This document shows, in pieces, positions 28,306 through 40,138 of a DNA stretch of 61,378 nt (positions are counted from its first letter, which is position 1; the number at the start of each line of letters is the position of its first letter). Made by a program: the position numbers and the translations under genes. The stretch covers positions 22,088 through 83,465 of the forward strand of contig CAZDSF010000008.1 of NCBI GenBank assembly GCA_964508025.1, given 5' to 3'. The notes under the pieces are model-generated. The model ran no database searches and was not told the origin of the DNA. It saw only the letters and a list, made by a program, of their open reading frames with translations. Origin of the DNA: an uncultured Anaerolineales bacterium. Its GTDB lineage: Bacteria; Chloroflexota; Anaerolineae; B4-G1; SLSP01.

Positions 28306-29361
28306 ATGACTTTGGAGCGTCCCGATTTGACCGGCGTGGCGCCTGATATTGTGGCTTATATCGAGGCGTTGGAGCTGGCGCTCGAAATGGCATCGGCAGG
28401 CCCGCGCCGCGCGCGCGCGATCACACCGCTTGCCGAGGATGCGCTGGCCGAACTCAGCGAGCCGCCCACCACGCGCCATGTGATCACCCTCAGCCGGGGA
28501 GGGCTGATCAAACGGACGCCCCGGCATCTCTACGGGCGCCAACGCCGGGGCGGCATGGGCATCTTCGATCTGGAATTGCCTGACGATGACGCGCCCGCCT
28601 TGTTGTGCGTATTGGATGAAGCGCAGATTGCGCTGGCGTTTACCAGCGAGGGCCGGGCATTTCGCTTTCCTGTGGCGGAACTGCCTCAGACCGCAGTGCG
28701 GGCGCGAGGTCAGCCGCTTTCACGATGGGCGCCGTTGCGCCCCGGCGAGCGGGTGATTGCGCTGCTCCCCGATCAGGGTGGGGCGCAGGTGGCTTTGCTC
28801 AGCGAGCGGGGGCGCGTCCAGCGCGTGCGAGCCAGTTTTGTGGGCGGGCACATGATCCCCGGTATGCGTTTCCATGAAGTGAAGGATGGCGGCCCCTTGG
28901 TGAGCGCGTGTTGGACTTCAGGGCGCGATGATCTCTTCATTGCTACGCAGCAGGGTTTTGCGGTGCGTTTTCCCGAAGAGCGCGTGCATGACACCGGTTC
29001 CTTGGGGATCCGGTTGGAGCGGAACGACGCGGCCGTGGGGATTGCTGCTGTGACCGATGCGAGCCAGGTCTTTCTGCTCAGCGCCGATGGCAAGGGGGCG
29101 ATCCGCACGATGGAAGGCTTTGCCGCGAACAAGATGCCGGGTGCGGGTGGTAAGGCGGCGCTCAAAACCGAGCAACTGGTGGGGGTGCTCACTGTCATGC
29201 CGGGCGATGATCTGCTGGTGATTTCTCGCCTGAGTAAGATCATCCGCTTCCAGGCTGAAGAGGCGCCGCCGAAAACGGGCGTGGTGCAGGGCGTGAATTG
29301 CATCGCGTTGCGCAGCGATGAAGCAGTAGCCGCGGCGGTTGCTGCTGTGGTCTCCGGTTAG
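28306..29361 (+). CDS. Stand-alone GyrA C-terminal-domain (beta-pinwheel) paralog carrying a GyrA-box-like RQRRGGMG
   Basis: MTLERPDL.. with gggagg RBS. Repeated blades: HVITLSRGGLIKRTPRHLYGRQRRGGMGIF..., GGAQVALLSERGRVQRV..., etc. Confidence 0.7.
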   Translation: MTLERPDLTGVAPDIVAYIEALELALEMASAGPRRARAITPLAEDALAELSEPPTTRHVITLSRGGLIKRTPRHLYGRQRRGGMGIFDLELPDDDAPALLCVLDEAQIALAFTSEGRAFRFPVAELPQTAVRARGQPLSRWAPLRPGERVIALLPDQGGAQVALLSERGRVQRVRASFVGGHMIPGMRFHEVKDGGPLVSACWTSGRDDLFIATQQGFAVRFPEERVHDTGSLGIRLERNDAAVGIAAVTDASQVFLLSADGKGAIRTMEGFAANKMPGAGGKAALKTEQLVGVLTVMPGDDLLVISRLSKIIRFQAEEAPPKTGVVQGVNCIALRSDEAVAAAVAAVVSG

Positions 29362-29377
29362 CTGTGAGGGTGCGCCT

Positions 29378-29980
29378 ATGATTTCGAAGCCGCCATCACA
29401 GGCGATGTTTCCTTATCCACAGGGAAGGGTGCTGCGGGCGTTGATGCGCTCGCCGTTGCTGGCCTGGCGGATGGGGTTGGAGAAGATTCTAGGGCATGTC
29501 TTCGTGCTCATCACGACGACGGGGCGCAAAACCGGTTTGCCGCGCCGCGCTGTGACGGAATATATGACCCATCAGGGTAAACTGATTGCGCCCTGCGCCT
29601 ATGGTCCCAAATCCGATTGGTATCGCAATCTCATGGCTGATCCACGGGTGACGGTGCAGACCTGGCAGGGCGCTGAGTCCATGCGCGCGGAGCGGATCGT
29701 CGCGCCGGAGGAATTCCGCGCACTGTACCCTGTGGCGCTGCGGCGCAACCCGGTCATGGTGCGCGCCTATTTCCGCTCGCTCGGTATTGATCCCGACGAT
29801 GTCGAGGATGTGGTTGCCAGGCGTGAGCGGATCATCTGGTTTCGCTTTGAGCCAACGGACGAAATCACGCCGCCGCCGTTGCCGGCAGATCTGCTGTGGG
29901 TGTGGCCCGTGGCGCTGGGGGCGCTGTTGGCGCTGTTCTGGTGGAAACATGTTCACCGGGATGCGCTCCCAGAGGCGTGA
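29378..29980 (+). CDS. Deazaflavin (F420)-dependent nitroreductase-family protein (DUF385/Ddn-like)
   Basis: LITTTGRKTGLPRRAVTEYM...IAPCAYGPKSDWYRNLMADPRVTVQ matches the DUF385 core. C-terminal TM segment. Confidence 0.55.
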   Translation: MISKPPSQAMFPYPQGRVLRALMRSPLLAWRMGLEKILGHVFVLITTTGRKTGLPRRAVTEYMTHQGKLIAPCAYGPKSDWYRNLMADPRVTVQTWQGAESMRAERIVAPEEFRALYPVALRRNPVMVRAYFRSLGIDPDDVEDVVARRERIIWFRFEPTDEITPPPLPADLLWVWPVALGALLALFWWKHVHRDALPEA

Positions 29981-30100
29981 GGGCGTCGGGGATTAGCGCA
30001 GCGTGATGGTTGACCGGTAATTAGCAACAAGGCATGACGGCGCGGAGACGGTTTATCCTTCCACCTTCATCCTTTATCTTTCTTTCTCAGGAGGTTTTCC

Positions 30101-30616
30101 ATGTCTTTCTCGAAGTTGATTCTTTCGCGTTACAGCGTGCGGGCCTATCTGTCTGATCCTGTCGAAGAAGATAAGCTGCGGCAGGTGTTGGAAGCGGGTC
30201 GGTTGGCGCCGACAGCGGCGAACAAGCAGCCCATCCATATCGTGGTGCTCCGCACGGCGGGCCGCGAGGCGGAGCTCAAGCGCATCTATAGCGCGGAGTG
30301 GTTCAGCCGCGCGCCGCTCGTGCTTGCCGTTTGCGGCGTGGAAGAGGCGGGTTGGAAGCGCACCCGCCACGATGGCAAATCCTATCTCCAGGTGGATGCG
30401 GCGATTGTGATGGATCATGTCATTCTCGCGGCGACGGAGCTGGGGCTGGGGACGTGCTGGATTGCGGCCTTTGACCCGCAGGCGGCGCGGGAGGTGCTGG
30501 CGTTGCCGGAGGGCGTCGAGCCGATCCTCTTCACGCCGCTGGGCTATCCCGCAAGCACGCCCGGTCCCAAGAGCCGCAAGCCGCTTGCGGAGCTCGTCCA
30601 TTACGACCGCTGGTGA
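30101..30616 (+). CDS. Nitroreductase family protein
   Basis: LSRYSVRAYLSDPVEEDKLRQVLEAGRLAPTAANKQP, classical nitroreductase N-terminus. Confidence 0.85.
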   Translation: MSFSKLILSRYSVRAYLSDPVEEDKLRQVLEAGRLAPTAANKQPIHIVVLRTAGREAELKRIYSAEWFSRAPLVLAVCGVEEAGWKRTRHDGKSYLQVDAAIVMDHVILAATELGLGTCWIAAFDPQAAREVLALPEGVEPILFTPLGYPASTPGPKSRKPLAELVHYDRW

Positions 30617-31926
30617 AAGAATCGCTCGTTCGGGTTTTCTACGAAGGCGCTCCCGTGTATGAGTGGGAGCGTATGGAGCGTCATCGCACCGAGTTTGCGG
30701 TGACGTTGCGGGCGCTGGCGGAGCATCTGCCGCCGGCGCCCGCGCGCATACTCGATTGCGGCGGCGGCCCCGGCCGCTATGCGCTGGCGCTGGCTCAGCG
30801 GGGGTATGACGTCACCCTCTTCGATCTCACGCCGGCGTTGTTGGCCCTGGCGCGGGAGAAGGCGGCTGAAGCGGGCGTGGCCCTCGCTGGCTACGAGGTG
30901 GGCACGGCGCTGGATCTCTCGCGTTTCGCGGATGCCAGCTTCGACGCGGTGCTGCTCATGGGGCCGCTCTATCACTTGCTGGAGGAGAGCGAGCGCCGCG
31001 CGGCGTTGGCTGAGGCGGTCCGGGTGCTGAAGCCAGGCGGGGTGCTCTTTGCGGCGTTCATCTCGCGTTATGCAGGGCATCGGGATTGCGCCGTTCGCTA
31101 TCCTGAGCGGTTGCTGGAAGATGGCGCAGTTTACGCTCAGATTCTTGAAAGCGGCATTGTGCTGCCTCAGGTTGAGGGTGGATGGACAGCGTATTTCGCG
31201 CATCCAGATGAGATGTTGCCGCTTTGTCATGGAGCGGGCCTGGAGGTAGCGGCGCTGCTGGCGGTGGAAGGCGTGGTCAGTGGACATGAGGCGGCGGTCA
31301 ACGCGCTGACCGGCGCAGCATGGGAGCAGTGGGTAGAGGTCAGCTACCGGCTGGCGCACGAGCCGGCGCTGAGGGGCGCTGCAGATCATCTCCTGGCGGT
31401 GGCGCGCAAACCGCGTTGGCGGGCGGTGTTGCGCGCGCTGGCGGCGCGGCTGGATGCAGCGGGCATTCCGTACCGCGTGGTGGGTGGGACGGCGGCGGCG
31501 TTTCATGGTGTGCCGGTGCGCGTCAAGGACATTGATTTGGAAACTACGGCGGCGGGCGCGCAGCAAATCGCGGCGCTGTTTGCGGTGCACGTGATACGGC
31601 CCGTGGCGTTCTCCGAAAGCCCTGTGTACCGCTCGCATTTCGGGCAGCTGGACATCGAGGGCGTGCTTGTGGAGATTATGGGCGATTTGGAGCGGCGTGA
31701 GGGCGACGGTTGGGCGCCTTCAGCGGCGCTGACGGAGACCGTGGTCATGCTGGAAGGCGCGCCGGTGCGGGTTTCGTGGCTGGAGGAGGAGACGTTGGCT
31801 TACATGCGGCGAGGGCGATTGGAGCGCGCGGCGCTGTGTCTGCCGCATTGCGATCACGGGCGGCTCATGGCGCTGTTGCGCGGCGATGTGGCGATGGGGG
31901 TTCTGGGCACTCAGGCGTCTCAATAA
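30613..31926 (+). CDS. Class I SAM-dependent methyltransferase fused to a minimal pol-beta-type nucleotidyltransferase domain
   Basis: ARILDCGGGPGRYALALAQRGYDVTLFDL is SAM-binding motif I. The C-terminal GGTAAAFHGVPVRVKDIDLE fits G[GS]-x(9-13)-DxD. Confidence 0.7.
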   Translation: MKESLVRVFYEGAPVYEWERMERHRTEFAVTLRALAEHLPPAPARILDCGGGPGRYALALAQRGYDVTLFDLTPALLALAREKAAEAGVALAGYEVGTALDLSRFADASFDAVLLMGPLYHLLEESERRAALAEAVRVLKPGGVLFAAFISRYAGHRDCAVRYPERLLEDGAVYAQILESGIVLPQVEGGWTAYFAHPDEMLPLCHGAGLEVAALLAVEGVVSGHEAAVNALTGAAWEQWVEVSYRLAHEPALRGAADHLLAVARKPRWRAVLRALAARLDAAGIPYRVVGGTAAAFHGVPVRVKDIDLETTAAGAQQIAALFAVHVIRPVAFSESPVYRSHFGQLDIEGVLVEIMGDLERREGDGWAPSAALTETVVMLEGAPVRVSWLEEETLAYMRRGRLERAALCLPHCDHGRLMALLRGDVAMGVLGTQASQ

Positions 31927-32290
31927 GCTGTAGCGCGGCACTCAATACACTGGCTACATCCATTGGCGATGAGGGGAAAATAGAATCGGCCCAGTTGTGA
32001 AGGTGATTCGGGAAGGTGGCAACGGTTGGGTGATGGGGTGCATTATCCCAGCGACTGATTAAATCGCCCTTTGGGCTTTGAAGATGGTAACGGTATTTAG
32101 GGCGCAAAAGCGTGGGTTCTGTTTCGACGTATTTGGCAATGTGCAACTCGTAATTGCCAATGAGCGTGATTACCCCGCGAATGTAGCATTCACTAGAGTC
32201 AATTTCCTCAAAGTGGAGGTTGGAACTGATGACATGTGGAGCGTTGTGAATTGACTCGAGTAATTGGAGATAGTAAGCGCGGCTGTTCAC
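31865..32290 (-). CDS. Toxin-like protein of a TA-like pair (resembles the DUF6516/TumE-type family; assignment tentative)
   Basis: 141 aa with GTG start overlapping the upstream stop (GTGA). ...ISRWDNAPHHPTVATFPNHLH.... Lies in a low-GC insert. Its last ~20 codons read into the convergent high-GC neighbour. Confidence 0.45.
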   Translation of the reverse strand: MNSRAYYLQLLESIHNAPHVISSNLHFEEIDSSECYIRGVITLIGNYELHIAKYVETEPTLLRPKYRYHLQSPKGDLISRWDNAPHHPTVATFPNHLHNWADSIFPSSPMDVASVLSAALQLIETPECPEPPSPHRRATAP

Positions 32291-32586
32291 ACTTCAACCC
32301 CGGTGAGAATGGTGAATCGCCGTTCCCATAACGTGGCTCCGCGACTTGCCGCGTACCAATCGAAAAAATCGGGAGCATCACCCAATTCACCGGACTCGAA
32401 GCGTGTCATGAACTCATCCGAGGTTAGATTATATTGCTTCTCAAATGTTTGACACAATTGTTGAAAATACTTGCGCCGTGTGTCAGCAATCGCTCGCTCG
32501 CGGCGCAGGGCCTCTCGCAGTGTGTCCTGTATCTCGCGCAGGTTGATGGCCTTGTCGAGGCGTGATTCCAAGGCAATAGTTACCAT
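32287..32586 (-). CDS. Antitoxin-like small protein, upstream partner of the 31865-32290 gene
   Basis: 99 aa, 4-nt overlap with the partner. Low-GC composition. Confidence 0.4.
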   Translation of the reverse strand: MVTIALESRLDKAINLREIQDTLREALRRERAIADTRRKYFQQLCQTFEKQYNLTSDEFMTRFESGELGDAPDFFDWYAASRGATLWERRFTILTGVEV

Positions 32587-32685
32587 TGTTTGCCCCCTTG
32601 TAAAGCACTATTTTCATTCTATCATTGACGGGGTCAGAAGTCAATTTGCGCTCGCGCCGGCGAACTTTTCTCAAGGAGGATCTCC

Positions 32686-33348
32686 TTGGATCCCTGGGAC
32701 TCTCTCAACGCTGAAATCACATCGTGTCGCGCGTGTCCGCGTCTGGCAGCGTGGCGCGAGGAAGTGGCGCGCACCAAGCGCCGCGCGTACCGCGATTGGG
32801 AGTACTGGGGGCGTCCTGTCCCTGGCTTTGGCGACCGGAACGCGCGCATCGTGATTGTCGGGCTGGCGCCGGGGGCGCACGGCTCGAATCGCACCGGGCG
32901 CATGTTCACGGGCGACAGCTCCGGCGAGACGCTCTTCGGCGCGCTGTATCGCGCCGGGTTCGCCAATCAACCCACGTGGGAGCGCGCCGATGATGGCCTG
33001 ATCCTGGGGGATGTCTTCATCACGGCGGTGGGACGCTGCGCGCCGCCCGCTAACAAACCCAGCCGCGAGGAGCTGCGCACCTGCCGTCCCTTTCTGGCGC
33101 GCGAGCTGGCGCTGCTGCCGGTGGAGCGGGTGTTGGCGCTGGGGAAAATCGCTTTCGATGGGCTGCTGGCTCTGTGGCGCGACCAGGGACACGCGATCCC
33201 GACACTCGCGTTTGCCCACGGCGCGCGCTACGATTTGGGCGACGGGTTGCCGCAGCTGTACGCTTCTTACCATCCCAGCCGCCAGAATACCCAAACGGGG
33301 CGGCTCACCCTGGCGATGTTCGACGCGGTTTTCGCCGCTTTGCGGTGA
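32686..33348 (+). CDS. Uracil-DNA glycosylase, family 4/5 (UdgB-like, Fe-S type)
   Basis: CRACPRL...GLAPGAHGSNRTGRMFTGDSSG. TTG start 5 nt after aaggagga. Confidence 0.8.
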   Translation: MDPWDSLNAEITSCRACPRLAAWREEVARTKRRAYRDWEYWGRPVPGFGDRNARIVIVGLAPGAHGSNRTGRMFTGDSSGETLFGALYRAGFANQPTWERADDGLILGDVFITAVGRCAPPANKPSREELRTCRPFLARELALLPVERVLALGKIAFDGLLALWRDQGHAIPTLAFAHGARYDLGDGLPQLYASYHPSRQNTQTGRLTLAMFDAVFAALR

Positions 33349-33369
33349 GCCGCTTTCAGGCCAAGAGGA

Positions 33370-33396
33370 GGGGAGCGGCGCAGCGCACCGCTCCCC
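33370..33396. terminator. GC hairpin between convergent udg and katG (ggggagcgg / ccgctcccc, 9-nt loop)
   Basis: Read directly. No U tract. Function not established. Confidence 0.35.
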
Positions 33397-33407
33397 CAGA
33401 CTGCAAA

Positions 33408-35639
<2,232 letters not shown>

Positions 35640-35702
35640 TTACGTTTGTGTACTGTCCGGCTAATTTGCGCCTATTTGCGGTACTGAATCGTGCTCTCTG
35701 TC

Positions 35703-36167
35703 TCAGGTATCCAGTGGGGTGTTGTGCTCGCTTTCTCGGTTCTGGCAGGTGGGGCAGAGTCCGTAGAAGGTGATCTGATGGCGCGCTACCTGATAACCAG
35801 CCGCCTTCTCAGCAGGCAAGGCGACGTCTGCAAAGTCGTGGTGGATGTCGGTCAGGGTGTGGCAGCGCACACAGAACAGGTGGTGATGCGGGCCGAGGTT
35901 GGCATCGTAACGCATACAGCCTTCACCGCTTTCATACGTCTCGATCAGCCCGCCCAATTGCACCAATTCATGCAGCGTGTTGTACACCGTCGCGCGTGAC
36001 ATATCGGGTATCGTTATCGCCGCACGCTGGTAGATTTCTTCCGCTGTGGGGTGGGACATGCCCTGCGCCAGGACGTCCACAATCGCCCGGCGCTGGGGCG
36101 TGATTTTCCGCCTACTCTGGCGGAATAATTCGATGAGCATTTCAGCCGATGGCATTGCCTGTCTCAT
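35703..36167 (-). CDS. perR: Fur-family peroxide-responsive regulator (PerR-like)
   Basis: ITPQRRAIVDVLAQ...HHHLFCVRCHTLTDIHHDF...CPTC. Same strand and immediately upstream of katG. A perfect PerR box lies in its promoter. Confidence 0.85.
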   Translation of the reverse strand: MRQAMPSAEMLIELFRQSRRKITPQRRAIVDVLAQGMSHPTAEEIYQRAAITIPDMSRATVYNTLHELVQLGGLIETYESGEGCMRYDANLGPHHHLFCVRCHTLTDIHHDFADVALPAEKAAGYQVARHQITFYGLCPTCQNRESEHNTPLDT

Positions 36168-36184
36168 TTAGATTGATTCCTAAT

Positions 36185-36199
36185 TTATAATTATTATAA
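36185..36199. promoter_or_regulatory. Perfect PerR box TTATAATTATTATAA (7-1-7 palindrome), 18 bp upstream of the perR start
   Basis: Read directly from 36185-36199. Matches the Bacillus-type PerR operator consensus TTATAATNATTATAA. Confidence 0.7.
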
Positions 36200-36252
36200 A
36201 ATAAGAGCATCGGTTTGTCAAGGGGCTTTCTTGCTTTTTGACTTTCCGGTTA

Positions 36253-36281
36253 TTGACTTTCATTCCAGTATCTACTACAAT
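36253..36281 (+). promoter_or_regulatory. Sigma70-like promoter TTGACT-N17-TACAAT for the S8 peptidase gene
   Basis: ttgactttcattccagtatctactacaat. Confidence 0.5.
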
Positions 36282-36369
36282 GGAATTAAGCCAGTGCCTC
36301 TCTGTCGGTCTTCTTTACTCTTAACTTGCCCGCTTTCGTGTGTCCTCTTTTCAGCTGGTGGATGAAAGG

Positions 36370-39300
36370 ATGGCGATGATGAAGACGCGATGGCTTTCTT
36401 GTCTGTTCCTCCTTGTGTTATTGGCGGCGGCAGGGACGCCTGTTCTGCCCCTGACCGCCGGACCACTCCCCAACACCAAAATTGCTTCCAACCTTGGATT
36501 GTTGCTCACGTTGCTCGTGCGCCCGGAGTCCCTGGCGGAGGATTCGGCTCTGGCGCGAGAGTTGGAGAGCATCCGCAGCACCGGCGCGGTGGCGGTCACG
36601 GCCCGCTTCGAGCGCGAACTCGCGCCTGCCGAGCGCGCTGCATTCGAGGCGTTGGGTGTGATTTTCGAGGAGGTGGGGGGCGAATTGGCGCATCTCGGCC
36701 CCATCTACGGGGTGCGAATTCCGCCGGCGGCGGTTCCAGCGCTGACGGCGCATCCTTTGGTGGTCTGGCTGGAGGCGGTGTGGCAGCCCGTGGCCCTTTC
36801 GCCGTTGGATCTGAGTGTGAGGAACGCGCCGGGGTTCGGCACGTATGTGGACGCGCCCGCCGTTTGGGGGGGGCCTGCGCCGGGCGCGCCCCTCACGGGG
36901 CAGGGGGTGGTGATCGCCGACTTCGATACCGGCGTGGATGTGCTGCATCCGGCGTTTCTGCGCGGGACGTATGGCCCAGGATACTCGAATTGGGACACGA
37001 ATTTCGATGGCGTCTTTACGCCGGGGGTAGATACGTTGGGCGGTGCGATTCTGCGCTTTTGGGATGCCTTTGGCGATCCTTTGGGGACGCCCGGCGTTCT
37101 CGATCTGACGCAGGACTGGATCTATGGCGATACCAACGGCAACAGCAGCTATGACTGGACTGAGCCAATCTACATGCCCTACGATGCCAACAGCAGCGGC
37201 GTGCTGGAAGCCGGCGAGTTCCTGATCCTGCGCGGCAATCTGGGGCCGGGCATTCCTACGAGCAAAATCGCCGCTACGCTGGACGCGCTGGGGACGACGT
37301 ATCAACGGGGCGTCAATCTGGAGCAGACGCCTCCCGATGTGAGCGGGCATGGCACCAGCGTCTCCGGCATTCTGGGCGCGGGCGCAGTCTATTGGGGATC
37401 GCAATACGTCTGGAACCATGCCCAGCGTTACACCGGTCTGGCGCCCGACGCCGATCTGTTGATGGCGGACGCTTTTGGGCTGAATCTCGATCCCGCGCTC
37501 TACATTCCGTGGGCGCAGCAGCACGGCGCGCAGATTATGCTCTACGAATACGGTTCGTGGATCCAGCAGTATCTGGACGGCTCCTCCAATCATGAGCAAA
37601 TGATGGACCTGGCCTCGCAGCAGGGAATTCTCCAGGTGACACCTACAGGCAACCTTCACTGTGGGGGTACAGCGGGCTGCAATCCTCGCCATCTGCAATA
37701 CAGCATTCCCGCAGGGGCGGCGCCCTTCAACCACGTGTTCAACGTGCCGCCGCTTTCGCCGCACTACAGCGACGTGTGGATCACGATGCTCTGGCTGCAT
37801 CCGGCAAACAATCTCACGGTGCAGCTCACCACGCCCACCGGCGGGATGGGGAATACGGTTGCCTTGCCGTGTGTGTTGCCCGGTACAGGCTGGCAGTATA
37901 TGAATACCGCTGATGGGCATCTCATCGGCTGTGAGCGCGCGGTGGATTCCGGTCGCGGTACGGCGATGTACAACATTTGGATCGGCAGGCCGGGACTGGG
38001 CGTGCTCCCCGGCAACTGGATCATGGGCGTGACGAATCTTGCGTCTGTAGCGGAGGCGACGAATTTCTACATTGCGGATAGCGGCAACCAGTGGGCTTTT
38101 GGCGCGGGCTGGCTCAATGCGGGCGGCGGCGCCGAATTGCATACAGCGACCTGGCCCAGCACGTGCGATTCGTGCGTGGGTGTGGCGTCGTATGCGACGC
38201 GCGCCAACTTCATTGGCGCGCCCGGCGCGCTGAGCTGGTTCAGCGGGCGGGGAACGCGCTTTCTCGATGGCGCGTTGATCGTGGATGTGGCAGCGCCCGG
38301 TCACTACGACATCATCACGCCGGAGAGTCGCGCGGTTACGGGGAGCACTGGCTCGTACAATCCCACCTTCGGCGGCACCAGCGCGGCAGGCCCGCATGTA
38401 GCGGGCGTGGCGGCGCTGCTCTATCAATACGCCCAGGGGCAGACATCGCCGTTCTTCATCACCGAGGCGTTGCGCCGTGGGGCGGTGCAGGATGGCGCGA
38501 CCGGCGGTGTGCCCAACGCGAATTGGGGCTACGGCAAGCTGAGCGCGCCCGGCGCGCTGCGCAACATGCTGCACGACCTCGGTGATGCGCCTGCCAGCGA
38601 CAATCATCATGGGGTGGTGATGACGGCTTATCCGGGCGTCCAGGCCCACTTTCCCACAGTTTTCGGCGCGCCGGTACCCGGCCCCTTGCACTGGGCTTCC
38701 AGTGCGCTGATGTTCGGTCCCTGGGATTCGCAACTGGGCGGCCTGGCTTCAGCGGAGGGGGAGGCGGATCGGTGGTATGATGAGGACGGCTTTAACAACC
38801 TGCAACCGCTGCTCGATCTGGCCGATCTGGATCAGCCCGACGACGGCCTGGTATTCCCCGGCCCGGTAGCGCCATGCATGCCGCTGCTGCTCACCATCCA
38901 CGGCGTCATCCCTGGGTTCACGCCGGGGCCGTGGACGCGCTTCGTGAACGTGTGGATTGATGGGAACGCCGATGGGGATTGGGCTGATGTCCACACGTGT
39001 GTAATGCCTAACGATGCGCCAGAGTGGGCGTTGCAGAATGTTTTGGCGCCAGGCCCGTTCCCAGGCGCTTTTGTTCTGGCAATGCCAGTGATGGTGTATC
39101 AGCAGACAGCGGGCGACCCCTTTTGGATTCGCGTTTCGATTGCGGAACAGCTGGCGCCGCTCGACCCCGTTACCGGGCGCGCCGATGGGCGCGGACCGGT
39201 GCTCGGTTATGCGTTTGGCGAAACGGAGGATTATCTCTATCCGCAGACGAATTTCCAGGCTGCGCCCACGACGCAATGCGGCAGCGGCGCGGTAGCCTTT

Positions 39301-40017
39301 ACGCACGATCCCGCGAGCAGCTGGCCCGTCAACTTCACCTGGGATTTTGGCGACGGCATCACGATGACCAATCCCGGCATCAATCCCACCCACACTTATG
39401 CGCAGCCGGGGGTGTACACGGTAACCCTAACCGGCGACTTGTGGGGTGTAGTCTTCAGCGTTTTTCAGCGCCAGGTCACGCTGTATCCACTGCCAGCGGT
39501 AGCCTTCACCAGCGACAGTCCCGTGTGCCTGGGACAGACGATGCACTTTACCGATACCACGCCGGGCGCGACGGCCTGGCATTGGAACTTCGGCGGTGCG
39601 GGGACGCCGGGCGGCGCGCCGCAACAGCCCACCTTCCACTACGCCGCCGCCGGGACGCTGACGGTGACGCTGACGGTGACGGATGTTCACGGCTGCGCCG
39701 CCTCCACCGCTGCGCCGGTGACGGTGCATGGGCTGCCAACGGCGGGCTTCACCGTATCCAGCGCCGAAGTCATGGTGGGCGCGCCGATCACCTTCACCAA
39801 TACGAGCGTCGGCGCGAATGCGTACTTCTGGAATTTCGGTGATGGGGTAGGCGTCTCAACGCTGATACATCCGACCTACGTGTACCCGGCAGCGGGAACC
39901 TTTACGCCCACCCTCACCGCGACAACGCTTCACGGCTGCTCTGATGTTCACAGCCGAGTGTTGCGGGTTTTAGCGTGGCAGCGCGTTTACCTGCCGCTGT
40001 TGATGAAAGGCCCATAG
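36370..40017 (+). CDS. Secreted subtilisin-like S8 serine peptidase with three C-terminal PKD domains
   Basis: Triad contexts VIADFDTGVD (Asp), GHGTSVSGIL (His), GGTSAAGPHVAGVAALL (Ser). Three W(D/N)FGDG...H(T/Y)Y...G.Y.V.L PKD repeats. Ends ...RVYLPLLMKGP. The start could be the ATG at 36376 or 36379 (track 36340). Confidence 0.9.
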   Translation: MAMMKTRWLSCLFLLVLLAAAGTPVLPLTAGPLPNTKIASNLGLLLTLLVRPESLAEDSALARELESIRSTGAVAVTARFERELAPAERAAFEALGVIFEEVGGELAHLGPIYGVRIPPAAVPALTAHPLVVWLEAVWQPVALSPLDLSVRNAPGFGTYVDAPAVWGGPAPGAPLTGQGVVIADFDTGVDVLHPAFLRGTYGPGYSNWDTNFDGVFTPGVDTLGGAILRFWDAFGDPLGTPGVLDLTQDWIYGDTNGNSSYDWTEPIYMPYDANSSGVLEAGEFLILRGNLGPGIPTSKIAATLDALGTTYQRGVNLEQTPPDVSGHGTSVSGILGAGAVYWGSQYVWNHAQRYTGLAPDADLLMADAFGLNLDPALYIPWAQQHGAQIMLYEYGSWIQQYLDGSSNHEQMMDLASQQGILQVTPTGNLHCGGTAGCNPRHLQYSIPAGAAPFNHVFNVPPLSPHYSDVWITMLWLHPANNLTVQLTTPTGGMGNTVALPCVLPGTGWQYMNTADGHLIGCERAVDSGRGTAMYNIWIGRPGLGVLPGNWIMGVTNLASVAEATNFYIADSGNQWAFGAGWLNAGGGAELHTATWPSTCDSCVGVASYATRANFIGAPGALSWFSGRGTRFLDGALIVDVAAPGHYDIITPESRAVTGSTGSYNPTFGGTSAAGPHVAGVAALLYQYAQGQTSPFFITEALRRGAVQDGATGGVPNANWGYGKLSAPGALRNMLHDLGDAPASDNHHGVVMTAYPGVQAHFPTVFGAPVPGPLHWASSALMFGPWDSQLGGLASAEGEADRWYDEDGFNNLQPLLDLADLDQPDDGLVFPGPVAPCMPLLLTIHGVIPGFTPGPWTRFVNVWIDGNADGDWADVHTCVMPNDAPEWALQNVLAPGPFPGAFVLAMPVMVYQQTAGDPFWIRVSIAEQLAPLDPVTGRADGRGPVLGYAFGETEDYLYPQTNFQAAPTTQCGSGAVAFTHDPASSWPVNFTWDFGDGITMTNPGINPTHTYAQPGVYTVTLTGDLWGVVFSVFQRQVTLYPLPAVAFTSDSPVCLGQTMHFTDTTPGATAWHWNFGGAGTPGGAPQQPTFHYAAAGTLTVTLTVTDVHGCAASTAAPVTVHGLPTAGFTVSSAEVMVGAPITFTNTSVGANAYFWNFGDGVGVSTLIHPTYVYPAAGTFTPTLTATTLHGCSDVHSRVLRVLAWQRVYLPLLMKGP

Positions 40018-40138
40018 CTGCGCCTCCGTGAGGTGTGGAATGTGGTGGAGTGAGCGTCAATGGTTGGTGAATTTACATACTGGCGCTTTGGTGCTATAGT
40101 GTAGATGTTCATTTTACACATGCAAAGGAGATCAACTG

